Origin: Candidatus Eiseniibacteriota bacterium
GTDB taxonomy: Bacteria; Eisenbacteria; RBG-16-71-46
Assembly (NCBI GenBank): GCA_044222065.1
Contig: JBGAOA010000030.1
Coordinates: forward strand, 1-51,698
Length of the DNA stretch: 51,698 bases
Direction: 5' to 3'
Position 1 is the first letter of the stretch. Each line of letters starts with the position of its first letter. The position numbers and the translations under genes were made by a program. Shown here in pieces: positions 18,565 to 28,682 of the stretch. Under the pieces are notes generated by a model. It saw nothing but the letters and a program-made list of their open reading frames with translations. It was not told the origin of the DNA and made no database searches.

Positions 18565-20478
18565 ATGACACGACACTCCCGCCTTCTGCTGTGTCTCGCC
18601 GTCCTGCTGCTGTTGCTGATGCCCTCGCCCGCGCGCTCCGGCGCCCCGACGGGCGCGGAGCCGCCCGCGAGTCTCTATCCCGAGGATCCGATCGGATGGA
18701 CGCCTTCCGATCCCGGGCTCGAGCGGCTCGACCTGTTCGTCGTCGGACTCGGAACCGCGCCGGCGCTGCCGCGCCCGCGCGCCGTGAGGTTCTACGCGGG
18801 CGAGACGCCGGTCCTGCTGCCCGAGCCGATCGCCGACCCGGACGACGCGGGCGCGCTGCTCACGAAGTACTGGCTGTTCCGCGTCACACCGACGGGCGCG
18901 CTCGTGTGGGAGCGCCCGCTCGGATTCGAATCGCTGGTCATCGAGGAGTGGAGCCTGGATCGGAACACGACGGAGGACGCGCTCTACCTGCTCACACTCG
19001 GCGCGCCGGACCCGGCGAGCGGACTCGAACGCATTCAGAAGTACGGGCGCGAGGGAACGCTCGAATGGGACGTGCCGCTCGCGACCGCGCTGTCGAGCGT
19101 GTCGGCGAACGCCGTCTTCGGCGGCGCGTACGTCGCCGACGACGAGCTCGGCGTGTGGCGGCTCGATGCGCGCGGGCGCGTGGTGTGGGGCCCGCTCGAT
19201 TTCGGCCCCGATCACCCCGGCCCGGCCGCGCACGAACGCCAGGTCTCGGCCGATCCGTGGACCGGCGGCGTGTACGTGACGTTCCATCAGGCGGACGGCG
19301 CGAGCACGCTCGTGAAGCTCTCGCCGGCCGGGCGCGAGCTGTGGCGCCGCTGGCTGCCTTCGGCGTCGCGACCGATCGCGAACGCGCTCGATGGCGGCGT
19401 GTACGTCGCCGCGGGCGGCCCCGACGGCGCGCGTCCGCTGACGGTGCGCTACGACGCGAGCGGCGAACGGCTGTGGGAGCGTGAGGACTTCCCCGGCACG
19501 ATCACGCAGTCGCGCGCGCTCGCGCCGACCGAAGGGGCGCTCATGGTGTCCGGCGGCGGCATGCTCGGCTGTCTCGCCGCGGACGGCGCCGAACACTGGT
19601 GCGTTTCGAACGACGACGGAGCCGGGTGCTGCTTCGGTAACCTGGGCCTCGCGGGCGATCTCGGGGCCGACGCGTTCTACACGGCGCAGGACGGCCTCGC
19701 GCACGGCGTGTCGAAGTACGACGGCATCACGCACGAGCGGCTGTGGCGGCTCGATCCGGGCCGCGGCAGCGAGCGCTTCAGGCTCGCGCTCGGGGTGCCG
19801 GCGCGCGCGAACCACGCGCCCGACGTGAGCCGCGCGAACGGGCGGCTCGTCGCAGCGCAGCCCGTGGATCACACGCTCGTTCCGGCCGAGATCCTCGGCG
19901 TCACCGATCCGGAAGGGGACGAACTGACGTTCCGCGTGCTCGGCGTCACGCAGGACGAACCCGTGGTCTCGACCGAACCGAAGGCGACGTGCCCCGACGC
20001 CGCGGTCGTGGACGACGTGCTGTGGCTGCGCCGCGAGAACGACCAGCCCGGCAACGGCCGCGTGTACCACATCTCGTTCGAGGTGACGGATGCGAAGGGC
20101 GCCGCCTCGTTCGCGACCGTGGACGTGTGCGTGCAGGGCGGCATCGGACCCGAGTGCGATTGCGTGGATGACGGCGGCGACTTCGGTTCGTTCGGGCCGT
20201 GCATCGACGCGGCCGGCGGACGCGGCGCCGAGATCCGCGCGGTGCGCGTCGCGGGCGGCGTCGCGCGCGTGGACTTCACCGCCGTCGCTGCGACACGCGC
20301 CGACATCGAGCTGTTCGACCTGCAGGGGCGCGTGCTGTCGGCGACGTCGCACGTCGTCTCGGGACCCGGCCTTCAGCACGTGGAGTGGAACGCGCCGCCG
20401 GTCGCGAGCGGGATCTACTTCGTGCGCGTGCGCGCGGGCGGCGTCACGGTCGCGCGCCGCGTGCTGCTCACTCCGTAA
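18565..20478 (+). CDS. Secreted PQQ-like beta-propeller protein with Ig-like and C-terminal T9SS/FlgD-like domain
   Basis: GAGGAGG RBS; signal peptide; repeated 'G..(L/V)W' blade ends; TDPEGDELTF/NGRVYHISF Ig-like part; C-terminal FDLQGRVL...VASGIYFVRV...RRVLLTP. Confidence 0.75.
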   Translation: MTRHSRLLLCLAVLLLLLMPSPARSGAPTGAEPPASLYPEDPIGWTPSDPGLERLDLFVVGLGTAPALPRPRAVRFYAGETPVLLPEPIADPDDAGALLTKYWLFRVTPTGALVWERPLGFESLVIEEWSLDRNTTEDALYLLTLGAPDPASGLERIQKYGREGTLEWDVPLATALSSVSANAVFGGAYVADDELGVWRLDARGRVVWGPLDFGPDHPGPAAHERQVSADPWTGGVYVTFHQADGASTLVKLSPAGRELWRRWLPSASRPIANALDGGVYVAAGGPDGARPLTVRYDASGERLWEREDFPGTITQSRALAPTEGALMVSGGGMLGCLAADGAEHWCVSNDDGAGCCFGNLGLAGDLGADAFYTAQDGLAHGVSKYDGITHERLWRLDPGRGSERFRLALGVPARANHAPDVSRANGRLVAAQPVDHTLVPAEILGVTDPEGDELTFRVLGVTQDEPVVSTEPKATCPDAAVVDDVLWLRRENDQPGNGRVYHISFEVTDAKGAASFATVDVCVQGGIGPECDCVDDGGDFGSFGPCIDAAGGRGAEIRAVRVAGGVARVDFTAVAATRADIELFDLQGRVLSATSHVVSGPGLQHVEWNAPPVASGIYFVRVRAGGVTVARRVLLTP

Positions 20479-20623
20479 CTCGGTCACGCGCCGCCCGTGG
20501 GGGCGGACGGCGCAAGAGCGAACGCCCGGACGAGTCGTCGGCGCCCGGGCGTTCGCGTGAGGTGCGCGCCGCGCGGCGTTCGCCTTCACGGTGGGCGAGG
20601 GGCTCCGATAGACTCCGCGCCCC

Positions 20624-22552
20624 ATGACTCGCGCCCCCGACTCGCCCGCGACGCCGACCTCGTCCGCGCCCCGCCTCGCGATCGTCGGCACGGCGGGGCA
20701 CATCGATCACGGCAAGACCGCGCTCGTGAAGCGCCTCACCGGCGTGGACACCGACCGTTTGCCGGAAGAGAAGAAGCGCGGCATCTCGATCGACCTCGGC
20801 TTCGCGCCGCTCGTCACGCCCGGCGGCGTGCGCGTCGGCATCGTGGACGTGCCCGGTCACGAGCGGTTCGTGAAGAACATGCTCGCGGGTTCCGGCGGCA
20901 TCGACGCCGTGCTGCTCGTCGTAGCCGCAGACGAGGGCGTGATGCCGCAGACGCGCGAGCACTTCGCGATCGTGAAGCTGCTCGGCGTCGCGCGCGGCGT
21001 CGTCGTGCTGACGAAGAGCGACCTCGCCGAGCCCGCGTGGCGTGCCGAAGTCGCGCGCGACGTGCGCGCGCTGCTCGAAGGCTCGGCGCTCGCCGCCGCG
21101 CCGATCGTCGAGTTCAGCGCCGTGACGGGCGAGGGGCGGGACGCGCTGCTCGCGGAACTCGACCGCCAGCTGCTCGGCGTCGCGGGGCGCGGCGCCGCGG
21201 AGCCCGCGCGGCTGCCGGTGGACCGCGTGTTCACCGTGGAGGGCTTCGGCACCGTCGTCACGGGAACGCTGTGGCGCGGGTGCGTGCGGACGGGCGACAC
21301 GCTCGCGCTGCTCCCCGCGGGGCGCGAGGTGCGCGTGCGCCGCGTGCAGGTGCACGGCGAGACGGTCGAGGAGGCGCTCGCGGGGCAGCGCACGGCGCTC
21401 GCGCTCCACGGCGTCGAGCGCGAGGGCGTCGAGCGCGGCGACTGGCTCGTCGCGCCGGGATCGCTCGCCGCGTCCGACACGCTCGACGTGCGCTTCGAGC
21501 CGCTCGCCGACGGACCGCGCGCGTGGACGCGCAGCACGCGCGTGCGCTTCCACCTCGGCGCGAGCGAGATCATCGGCCGGCTGCTGCTGCTCGAAGGCGA
21601 GACGCTCGCGGCCGGCGATTCGGCGCTCGCGCAACTGCGGCTCGAACGACCGACCGTCGCCGCGCGCGGCGACCGCTTCGTCGTGCGCAGCTACTCGCCG
21701 TCGCGCACGGTCGGGGGCGGCAGCGTGATCGAGCCCGCCGCGGCGCGCCGCGGGCGGCGCGCCGGCGGGCTCGAAGCGCTCGCCGTGCACGAGAGCGGAT
21801 CGCTCGAAGCGCGCCTGCTCGAGAAGCTCGCGGCGTTCGCGAAGCCCGCGAGCACGGAGCAGGTGGCGCAGGCGCTCGGCGATCCGGTCGCGGGCATTGC
21901 CGCGTCGCTCGCGAGCCTCGCGGCGGCGCACGAGGTGACGGGACTCGCGAGCGGGCGCTGGATCGCGAACGCGCGCTGGAGCGACGCGCGCGAGGCCATC
22001 GAGAGGGCCGTGCGCGACTACCTCGCGAACTACCCCGCGCGCTACGGCGTGATGAAGGGCGAGCTCAAGAACGGGCTCAAGGCCGCGATGGAAGGCGCGC
22101 TGTTCGACGCCGCGTTCGACGCGCTCGTAGACGACGGCACGCTGGAACAGCGCGGCGAGCGCGTGCGCCTCGGCGGCGTGGCGTGGACGCCGCCGGCGGA
22201 GACGATGGCGGCGCTCGAGCGCGTGGAGGTCGAACTCGAAGCCGCCGGCTACGCCGTGCCCGAGAACGCCGCATGGCAGGCGAAGCTCGGCGCGGCCGCG
22301 AGCGAGGTGGTGGCGCTCGGGTTCTTCCTCGAGCGGCTCGTGCGCGTGAGCCAGGAGTTCACGTACACGGCGGCGCAGATGACGCGCCTGCGCGACTCGC
22401 TCGCCGAGTGGTTCGCGACGAGCGGGACGCTGAACGTCGCGCAATTCCGCGAGCGCTTCGGCACGTCCCGCAAGTACGCCGTCCCGTTGCTCGAACACTG
22501 CGACCGCGTCGGATGGACGAGGCGCGTGGGGGATGAGAGGCGGAAGGGGTAG
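20624..22552 (+). CDS. selB: Selenocysteine-specific elongation factor
   Basis: [41 protein letters not shown]-terminal winged helices with [13 protein letters not shown]. Confidence 0.95.
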   Translation: MTRAPDSPATPTSSAPRLAIVGTAGHIDHGKTALVKRLTGVDTDRLPEEKKRGISIDLGFAPLVTPGGVRVGIVDVPGHERFVKNMLAGSGGIDAVLLVVAADEGVMPQTREHFAIVKLLGVARGVVVLTKSDLAEPAWRAEVARDVRALLEGSALAAAPIVEFSAVTGEGRDALLAELDRQLLGVAGRGAAEPARLPVDRVFTVEGFGTVVTGTLWRGCVRTGDTLALLPAGREVRVRRVQVHGETVEEALAGQRTALALHGVEREGVERGDWLVAPGSLAASDTLDVRFEPLADGPRAWTRSTRVRFHLGASEIIGRLLLLEGETLAAGDSALAQLRLERPTVAARGDRFVVRSYSPSRTVGGGSVIEPAAARRGRRAGGLEALAVHESGSLEARLLEKLAAFAKPASTEQVAQALGDPVAGIAASLASLAAAHEVTGLASGRWIANARWSDAREAIERAVRDYLANYPARYGVMKGELKNGLKAAMEGALFDAAFDALVDDGTLEQRGERVRLGGVAWTPPAETMAALERVEVELEAAGYAVPENAAWQAKLGAAASEVVALGFFLERLVRVSQEFTYTAAQMTRLRDSLAEWFATSGTLNVAQFRERFGTSRKYAVPLLEHCDRVGWTRRVGDERRKG

Positions 22553-22559
22553 GGATCAG

Positions 22560-23486
22560 CTAGGACGCTTCCCGAAATCTCGCATACCGGATTTCGAGGA
22601 ATTCGGACTTTGGCTTGAGTCGCTTGGACCCAGGAATCCTCGCTAGCGCGCTACCGTGCAATCGCTGAAGGCCGTGCGTGAGCATCGGTCCATCGACCTC
22701 CCTCAGGACGTCGGGTCTGATCTCAATGACGAGATCAGGCCGCACTCCGAGGATGTTCGCATCGAAAGCCGCATGGTGGATCTTACAGAGGCAAAGCCCG
22801 TTCGATACCCAGGGCTCTCCACGCGGATCACGATCGCCAAGGATGTGCGCCGCATCCAGGAGTTCTTGGTGACGAAGCAGGCAGACGGCACAGGCCTCTC
22901 GATAGGCCGAGAGCACGCGCGAGCGGAAATCCTTCTGATGGAGTCTCTGGACCACCGTCGACGTCACGTATCGCCGACGTCCGAGCGCCTCGTCTTCACG
23001 CACGCCCTCGATTTCCGGTGAAAGCAGAAGTCGCGCGTCGTCCACGGCAACGGTGAATGTGAGGCCTTCTGGGTCGTCGCCGACAATGAATGCAGGGTAG
23101 GCGGCCAGGTAGATCCCGGGACGGACGCCGTGGAAGTAGATGATTGGAATCCGCTGCCTCCATGCGTGTCGCAGTCCCTCGTTCTCGTGGTGTCGGGGAT
23201 CTTCTCCGCGATAGCGATAGCGAATCAGTCCATCGGCACCGAATTCGTCTTCGTACGGCCGAGGTCGACCCTCTCGAATCGGCACGGTCGTGATGCTCAG
23301 CGGAGCGTCGCTCAAGATCGCCGGTTTGAAGATCCCTTGGGGTCCCTGCAGCGGAACGCGCCGCCCCTTGTACACAAAGCCCTGCTCGAGATCCGCGCGA
23401 CGAAGGTAGCCGTCGTTCGCGGACTCGAGGCGGGCTACGTATTCGAACGCGGCAGCGCGAATGGACTCGTTTTCGGCCATGGTCAT
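22560..23486 (-). CDS. HNH endonuclease, putative (modification-dependent) restriction endonuclease
   Basis: RLHQKDFRSRVLSAYREACAVC...LLDAAHI...NGLCLCKIHHAAFD (HNH_2-type); N-terminal YRYRG...NEGLR...PIIYF SRA-like region; visibly lower GC than neighbours. Confidence 0.85.
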   Translation of the reverse strand: MTMAENESIRAAAFEYVARLESANDGYLRRADLEQGFVYKGRRVPLQGPQGIFKPAILSDAPLSITTVPIREGRPRPYEDEFGADGLIRYRYRGEDPRHHENEGLRHAWRQRIPIIYFHGVRPGIYLAAYPAFIVGDDPEGLTFTVAVDDARLLLSPEIEGVREDEALGRRRYVTSTVVQRLHQKDFRSRVLSAYREACAVCLLRHQELLDAAHILGDRDPRGEPWVSNGLCLCKIHHAAFDANILGVRPDLVIEIRPDVLREVDGPMLTHGLQRLHGSALARIPGSKRLKPKSEFLEIRYARFREAS

Positions 23487-23553
23487 CTCAGTCTCACGTC
23501 ACCTCGTTGGTCGCACGGTCGAGCTCGGGCACCTCACGGCCGCGCCGCCGCAA

Positions 23554-24339
23554 CTACCGCCTCACCGGCACCCACCCCGCGCCTCTTCCCGTCCACGTCT
23601 GCGCTTCGATCGGCAGGTGGCCGGTGTCGCTCAGTGTCGCGAGCCGCGTCATGCCGTCGGCGCGCACCACGATCGCCGTGATGCTGCCGTTGCCGACCTC
23701 CATGAGGATCCAGTTCCGCGTGTCCACTCCGAGCGCCTTGCAAGCGAACCAGCGGATCACATTGCCGTGGCACACGAGCACGTCGTACGAGTCCTTGTCG
23801 CCGGGCTTCGTCGCGTACTTCGCCCATGCGCGCTCGAGCTGCGCGACCGACGAGTCGCCCTCGCCGGGATAGTCGAAGCGGAAGTTCGGATTGACCGACG
23901 TCGGCGAGCACTCGCGGATCAGCGAGTCGCGCGACGGCGCGAGGTGCATCAGCTCGCCGATCAGGTCCGCCGTCTCCATTGCGCGCGTGAAGTTGCTGCT
24001 CACGAGCCGGTCCGCCTTCACGGGCAGCGACGCGAGGCGCGCGCCGACGAGCTTCGCCTGCACGCGGCCGAGGCTGTCGAGGTGGCGGCCGATGCGCTCG
24101 TCCGCGGGATCGGTGTAGTCGTACATGCCGTGGCGGATCAGGTACAGCACGTGGATCGGCGGCGGCGGGCCCTGCGGCCGCGTCGGGCCGCGATCGCGCG
24201 GCGTGCGTTGCGCCGTATCGGGACGCGCCTCCATGCGCGGTGCGCCCTGCGCGGACGCCCCGCGCGCCGGCGCGAGCGAGGCGGGTGCGGCGAACGCGGC
24301 GAGCGTCGCGATCGAAACGACGAAGCGAACGATTCTCAC
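23554..24339 (-). CDS. Histidine phosphatase family protein, PGAM5-like, with signal peptide
   Basis: GTG start overlapping upstream stop; LYLIRHG, SSNFTRAMETA, LVCHGNVIR, NGSIT, DTGHLP motifs. Confidence 0.85.
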   Translation of the reverse strand: MRIVRFVVSIATLAAFAAPASLAPARGASAQGAPRMEARPDTAQRTPRDRGPTRPQGPPPPIHVLYLIRHGMYDYTDPADERIGRHLDSLGRVQAKLVGARLASLPVKADRLVSSNFTRAMETADLIGELMHLAPSRDSLIRECSPTSVNPNFRFDYPGEGDSSVAQLERAWAKYATKPGDKDSYDVLVCHGNVIRWFACKALGVDTRNWILMEVGNGSITAIVVRADGMTRLATLSDTGHLPIEAQTWTGRGAGWVPVRR

Positions 24340-25330
24340 GAGGCCTCCTCTTCGGCGCCGGCGGACTCGAGCTTGGGCTCCACCGGACGCACCATCACCG
24401 TCTTCTCGCGCTCGCACACGACGAGCCCGGGCGGCGCCTTGCGCGGTTTCCGAACGTACTTCTTCTGCGTGACGATCACCGGCACCTTGCCGGCGGTGCG
24501 CGCCTGCGAATAGAACGCGGCCCACGACGCGACTTCCTCGACGGTCTGGCGCGACGGTTCGTTCTTGCCCTTGCCGCGCCGCAGCACGACGTGCGAACCG
24601 GGCGCGCCGTGGACGTGGAACCAGTAGTCCTCGGGCCGCGCGAGGTGGTGCGTCAGGTAGTCGTTGCCCTCGTTGTTGCGGCCGATCAGCACGTCCCAGC
24701 CCTCGGCGGTCTTGTAGCGCCGCGGCGCGAGCCGCGCGCTCGGCGCGCGCGCCGCGCGCGACCGCGGCCGCGGTCGGCTGGCGCGACGGTGCCTTCGGCG
24801 CGGGTGCGATCTCGTCGCGCAGCGAGCGGCAGCGTCGCGAGTGCCGCGCTCACGAGCTTCATCGTGTCGCGCGCGGGCGGCGCCGCGGGATCCGGCTCCG
24901 CTTCGATCGCGGCCTGCAGCGCGGCCGCGCGCGCGCCTTCGCCGCTTCGACCTCGCGCTCGATCGCTCTGCGATGCGACCCGGGACCTCCTCGAGGCCGC
25001 GGTCGCACTTCGCGGCGCGCTTGAAGTAGCGCGCGGCGTTCGACTGGGCGTTGAGCGCGGGGTCGAGCGCGATCTCGAGCGTCGCGTCCCCGTCCGCCGG
25101 ATCGGGCAGCGTCACGCGCGCGCGCGCGCCGGCACCTGGCGCAGGTAGGCGAGCAGCGCCTCGCCGAATCGGCGGTAGGTCGGCCCTTTCTGCACCTCGA
25201 CGAGGTCGCCGCGCACGGCTTCGAGCTTCTTCGCGAGCCGCTGGCGGTGCTTGCGAACCGCCTTCAGGACCGCGAGCGCGCGCTCGCGATCGGGATGCAG
25301 TCCAACGGGTTCGTCGGGTTCGGGACACAT
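24336..25330 (-). pseudogene. NFACT RNA-binding domain protein (RqcH/FbpA-like, C-terminal part), frameshifted in this sequence
   Basis: IALDPALNAQSNAARYFKRAAK and VLIGRNNEGNDYLT...DYWFHVHGAPGSHVVLR...AAFYSQAR...KYVRKPRKAPPGLV; N-terminal part lies in another frame (25330 ORF). Confidence 0.75.
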
Positions 25331-25665
25331 GGCGGCGCAGGGTAGGAGGGCGCGCGCCGTGCGATCAAATCGCGCGCGTGTGCGCGAGGCCGGCGCACTC
25401 GGAAATCGCCTCTCCGCATCGCTACGGAATTTTTTCCTTGCGCGGCCTCCCGCCGCTCGCCGATGATTCGCCCCGCGCGCGGCGGTGCGTGAAGCGATTC
25501 ACCGCGGTCGAGCGCAGGTCCCTCGCGAGGGACCGCAGAATGACTGCAATCCCCTTGCGGTCCTGCACGCAGGTCTTCCTTCCGGATCCGGTGAGTCCGT
25601 TCGCCCGGCTCCTCGCGTCTCGCAAGTCGCCCCTTGCTGACACGCCTCGAAGGAGGATCCCCCAT

Positions 25666-28436
25666 ATGCGACCGTTCACGAAGTTCACGGCGACGCTCGC
25701 GCTGCTCGGGTGTTGCCTGCTGCTGTCGACCACGGCCCGCGCGACCGACGTCGACGGGGTGGCCGACTGCTTTCGAACGTTGATCGAGTACGGCGATGCG
25801 CCCGAGGGCGTGCAGGCCTATCCGGGCATCCTCGCCGCATTCCCCACCCGCAACGCCGCGGACCCGTCGGCGTGCAGAACGTGGCGGCAGGCGCCGATCA
25901 GCACGATGCCCGGCCCGGCCGGCTTCGTGCGCCATCAGCGCGCCGCGACCGATCCCGGCTTCTGGCTCGGCTGCTTCCCCGCGACGGGCGGCGGCGTGGA
26001 CATCGAGCCCGACGGCAAGACGAACGACAACGGCGCCGCGGTGAGCGCGTGCAATCCGAACGTCGCGGTGGACTGCTACGAGACCGCGTTCGGCCTCACG
26101 TTCGGACAGGACGAGGCGTACGGCACGAACGACGCGGGCCTCGCGGCCGCCGTCACGTTCGGCACGTGCGCGTCGTCGACGGTGACGTTCAACGCGACGA
26201 ATTGCGCCGGCGCCGTGCGGCAAGTGTTCCTGAACATCCTCGTGGACTGGAACCAGGACGGCGACTGGAACGACAACTTCCAGTGCCCCGGCGCGTGCGC
26301 GTACGAGTGGGCGGTCGTGAACCAGCCGGTGTTCCTGCAGCCCGGATGCAACGTCGTCACGTCGCCCGCCTTCCGCTCGGGTCCGAACGCGGGCGACGGC
26401 TGGATGCGCATCACGCTCACCAACGCGCCCGTGAACATGGACTTCCCGTGGGCGGGCAGCGCGACGGTGGCGGGGATGGCGTTCCAGAACGGCGAGACCG
26501 AGGACTACCCGGTCACGATCGGCGATCCTCACAGCGACTGCCCCGACTACGAGGACTGGGGCGATGCGCCCGAAGAGGCGACCGCGTATTCGAACGGCGT
26601 GATCGGCCGCTTCCCGACGTGCCTCTACCTGACGCCGCCGGGAACGCAGGAGCTGTCGTGCCCGCCGATCAGCACGCCGCCGGGACAGACGGGCCACGTG
26701 AAGCACGTCTCGGGTCCGTTCGATCCCAAGATCTGGTTCGGCTGCGGTGACGCGACGTCGGGAACGTCGGGAGTGGACGGCGAGCCGAACGGCAAGATGA
26801 ACCCGACCGGCGCGCTCGTGAGCCAGTGCGATGGCGTCACGACGGTGGACTGCGCCGAGCCCGCGTTCACGCTCACGTTCGGGCAGGACGAGTGCTACGG
26901 CGATCCGCCGTTCGACGCCGGGCTCCGCAGTCCGGTCTCGTTCAGCACGTGCACGCCGACGCAGATCCGCTACTACGCCCGCAACTGCGACCCGCTCGAG
27001 CAGACGACGGGATACCTGAACATCCTCGTGGACTGGAACCAGGACGGCGACTGGAACGACAACTTCCTGTGCGGCGTGATCGGTCAGCCCGGCGCGTGCG
27101 CCTACGAATGGGCGGTGAAGAACCAGCTCGTCGTGCTGCCTCGGGCACGCTGATGACGTCGCCGACGTTCCAGACCGGTCCGACCGGCGGCGAGGGCTGG
27201 ATGCGGCTCACGCTCACGATCCAGCCGGTCGGCGACGACTTCCCGTGGAACGGCTCGGCCGGCGCGACCGGCGACGGCTTCTTCGTCGGCGGCGAGACCG
27301 AGGACTACCCGGTGTCGATCGTCGCGCAGGACTCGTGCGCGGTCGCGTACCTCGACTACGGCGACGCGCCGGCGATGACCGTGCCTGGCCGCCGGGCGCG
27401 CCCTGGCCATTACCCGGACGTCTTCGCGTTCATGCGCCTGGTACGAGATCGAGGTGGCGCGGCGCTCAGCACGCCGCCCGGCGCGACGGGCCACGTCGCG
27501 CACCTCGCGCTCGCGAGCGACGCGGATCACTTCTGGCTCGGCTGCGCGGGCGGCATCGCGCCGCTGAGCGCGGTGGACGGCGAGTCCGACGGCAAGGTGA
27601 ACGTCGGCGCTCCGTTCGGCGGCCCGAGCGCGTGCAATCCGGCGCAGGCGACCGACTGCGTCGAGAACCTGATCGGCATGGCGATGAACCAGGACGAGTG
27701 CGTCGGCGACATCGACGCCGGCATCGGCTCGCCGAAGTTCTTCTTCGCGTGCTCGACCGGCACCGTGACGTTCGACGCCTACAACTGCGGCACGCACGAC
27801 GTGACGGCGAACGTGAACGTGCTCGTGGACTGGAACCGCGACGGCGACTGGAACGACCAGGTGAGCGTGCTGTGCTCCGAGGACATCTGCGCGCCCGAGA
27901 GGGTGACGAAGAACCTCGCGGTGACGCTCGTGCCGGGCTGCAACACGGTCACGGTGCCGAAGTTCGTCACGGGGCCGCGGCCGGGCCGCACGTGGATGCG
28001 CGTCTCGATCGCGAAGGACGTCGCGCCGGACGACTACCCGTGGAACGGCTCGGCCGCGATGCCCGGCGGAACGTTCTCGGGCGGTGAGACCGAGGACTAC
28101 GCGGTCAACGTGCTGCCGCTCACGACGGGCGTCGGCGACGGCGACGGTGCGGAGTCCGGCGCGTTGTGGTTCGGCGCGCCGGTGCCGAATCCCGCGCGCG
28201 ACGACCTGTCGCTCAACTTCTCGCTGCCGACGGCGGCCGAGGTGTCGATCGCCGCGTACGACCTCGCGGGCCGCAAGGTGGCGCAGATCGAGAGCGGCGC
28301 GCGCAGCGCGGGCGTGCACGCGGTGCGCTGGAACTTCCGCGACGCGGCCGGCCGCGAGCTGCCCGCAGGCCACTACGTGCTGAAGCTCCGGGTCGGCGAC
28401 TCGACGCTCGTCCGTCGCGCGATCCACGTGAGGTAG
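25666..28436 (+). CDS. Secreted protein with three tandem GEVED-like repeats and C-terminal FlgD/T9SS-like domain; frameshift near 27140
   Basis: AGGAGG RBS; signal peptide; three repeats YGDAP...VDWN(Q/R)DGDWND...WMR...GETEDY; frames 25666-27153 and 26826-28436 join in the second repeat; PNP...YDLAGRKV...LPAGHYVLKL C-terminus. Confidence 0.8.
26229..27067 (+). repeat. 53-bp identical intragenic direct repeat (26229-26281 and 27015-27067)
   Basis: CCTGAACATCCTCGTGGACTGGAACCAGGACGGCGACTGGAACGACAACTTCC occurs twice, encoding the GEVED core motif. Confidence 0.85.
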
Positions 28437-28682
28437 ACCGGGACGCGGTGCGCGGCGCCGGAGGTGCAACCGGCGCCGCGCGGGCCGCGGGGACCGGCGA
28501 CGCGGCGCGCCACGCTCTCGGGGAGGGCGTGGCGCGTTCGCGTTTCCGGGGTGCGGTGCAGAACCGGTGGAGCCGCGGTGGAAAACGCGCACGTGCGTCG
28601 CGGCCGCGATTGGCGCGCGTGCTTTGACGCCCCCGAGGCCGCGCCGCTACCTTGCCGCTCCACCCACTCCGGAGGTTCCCGC

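Noticed and set aside
18132..20557. 13-bp direct repeat CCGGGCGTTCGCG (18132-18144, 20545-20557) flanking the 18565 gene as a possible insertion scar
   Set aside because: Both copies are 3' arms of terminator-like hairpins in GC-rich DNA; no mobility gene nearby
26229..27067. Repeat pair as a diversity-generating retroelement TR/VR
   Set aside because: No reverse transcriptase in the window, both copies are coding, and there is no adenine-specific mismatch pattern
27151..27153. In-frame TGA (also the TGA near 49747) as selenocysteine recoding, given selB
   Set aside because: Homology continues in a different frame, so these are frameshifts, not readthrough
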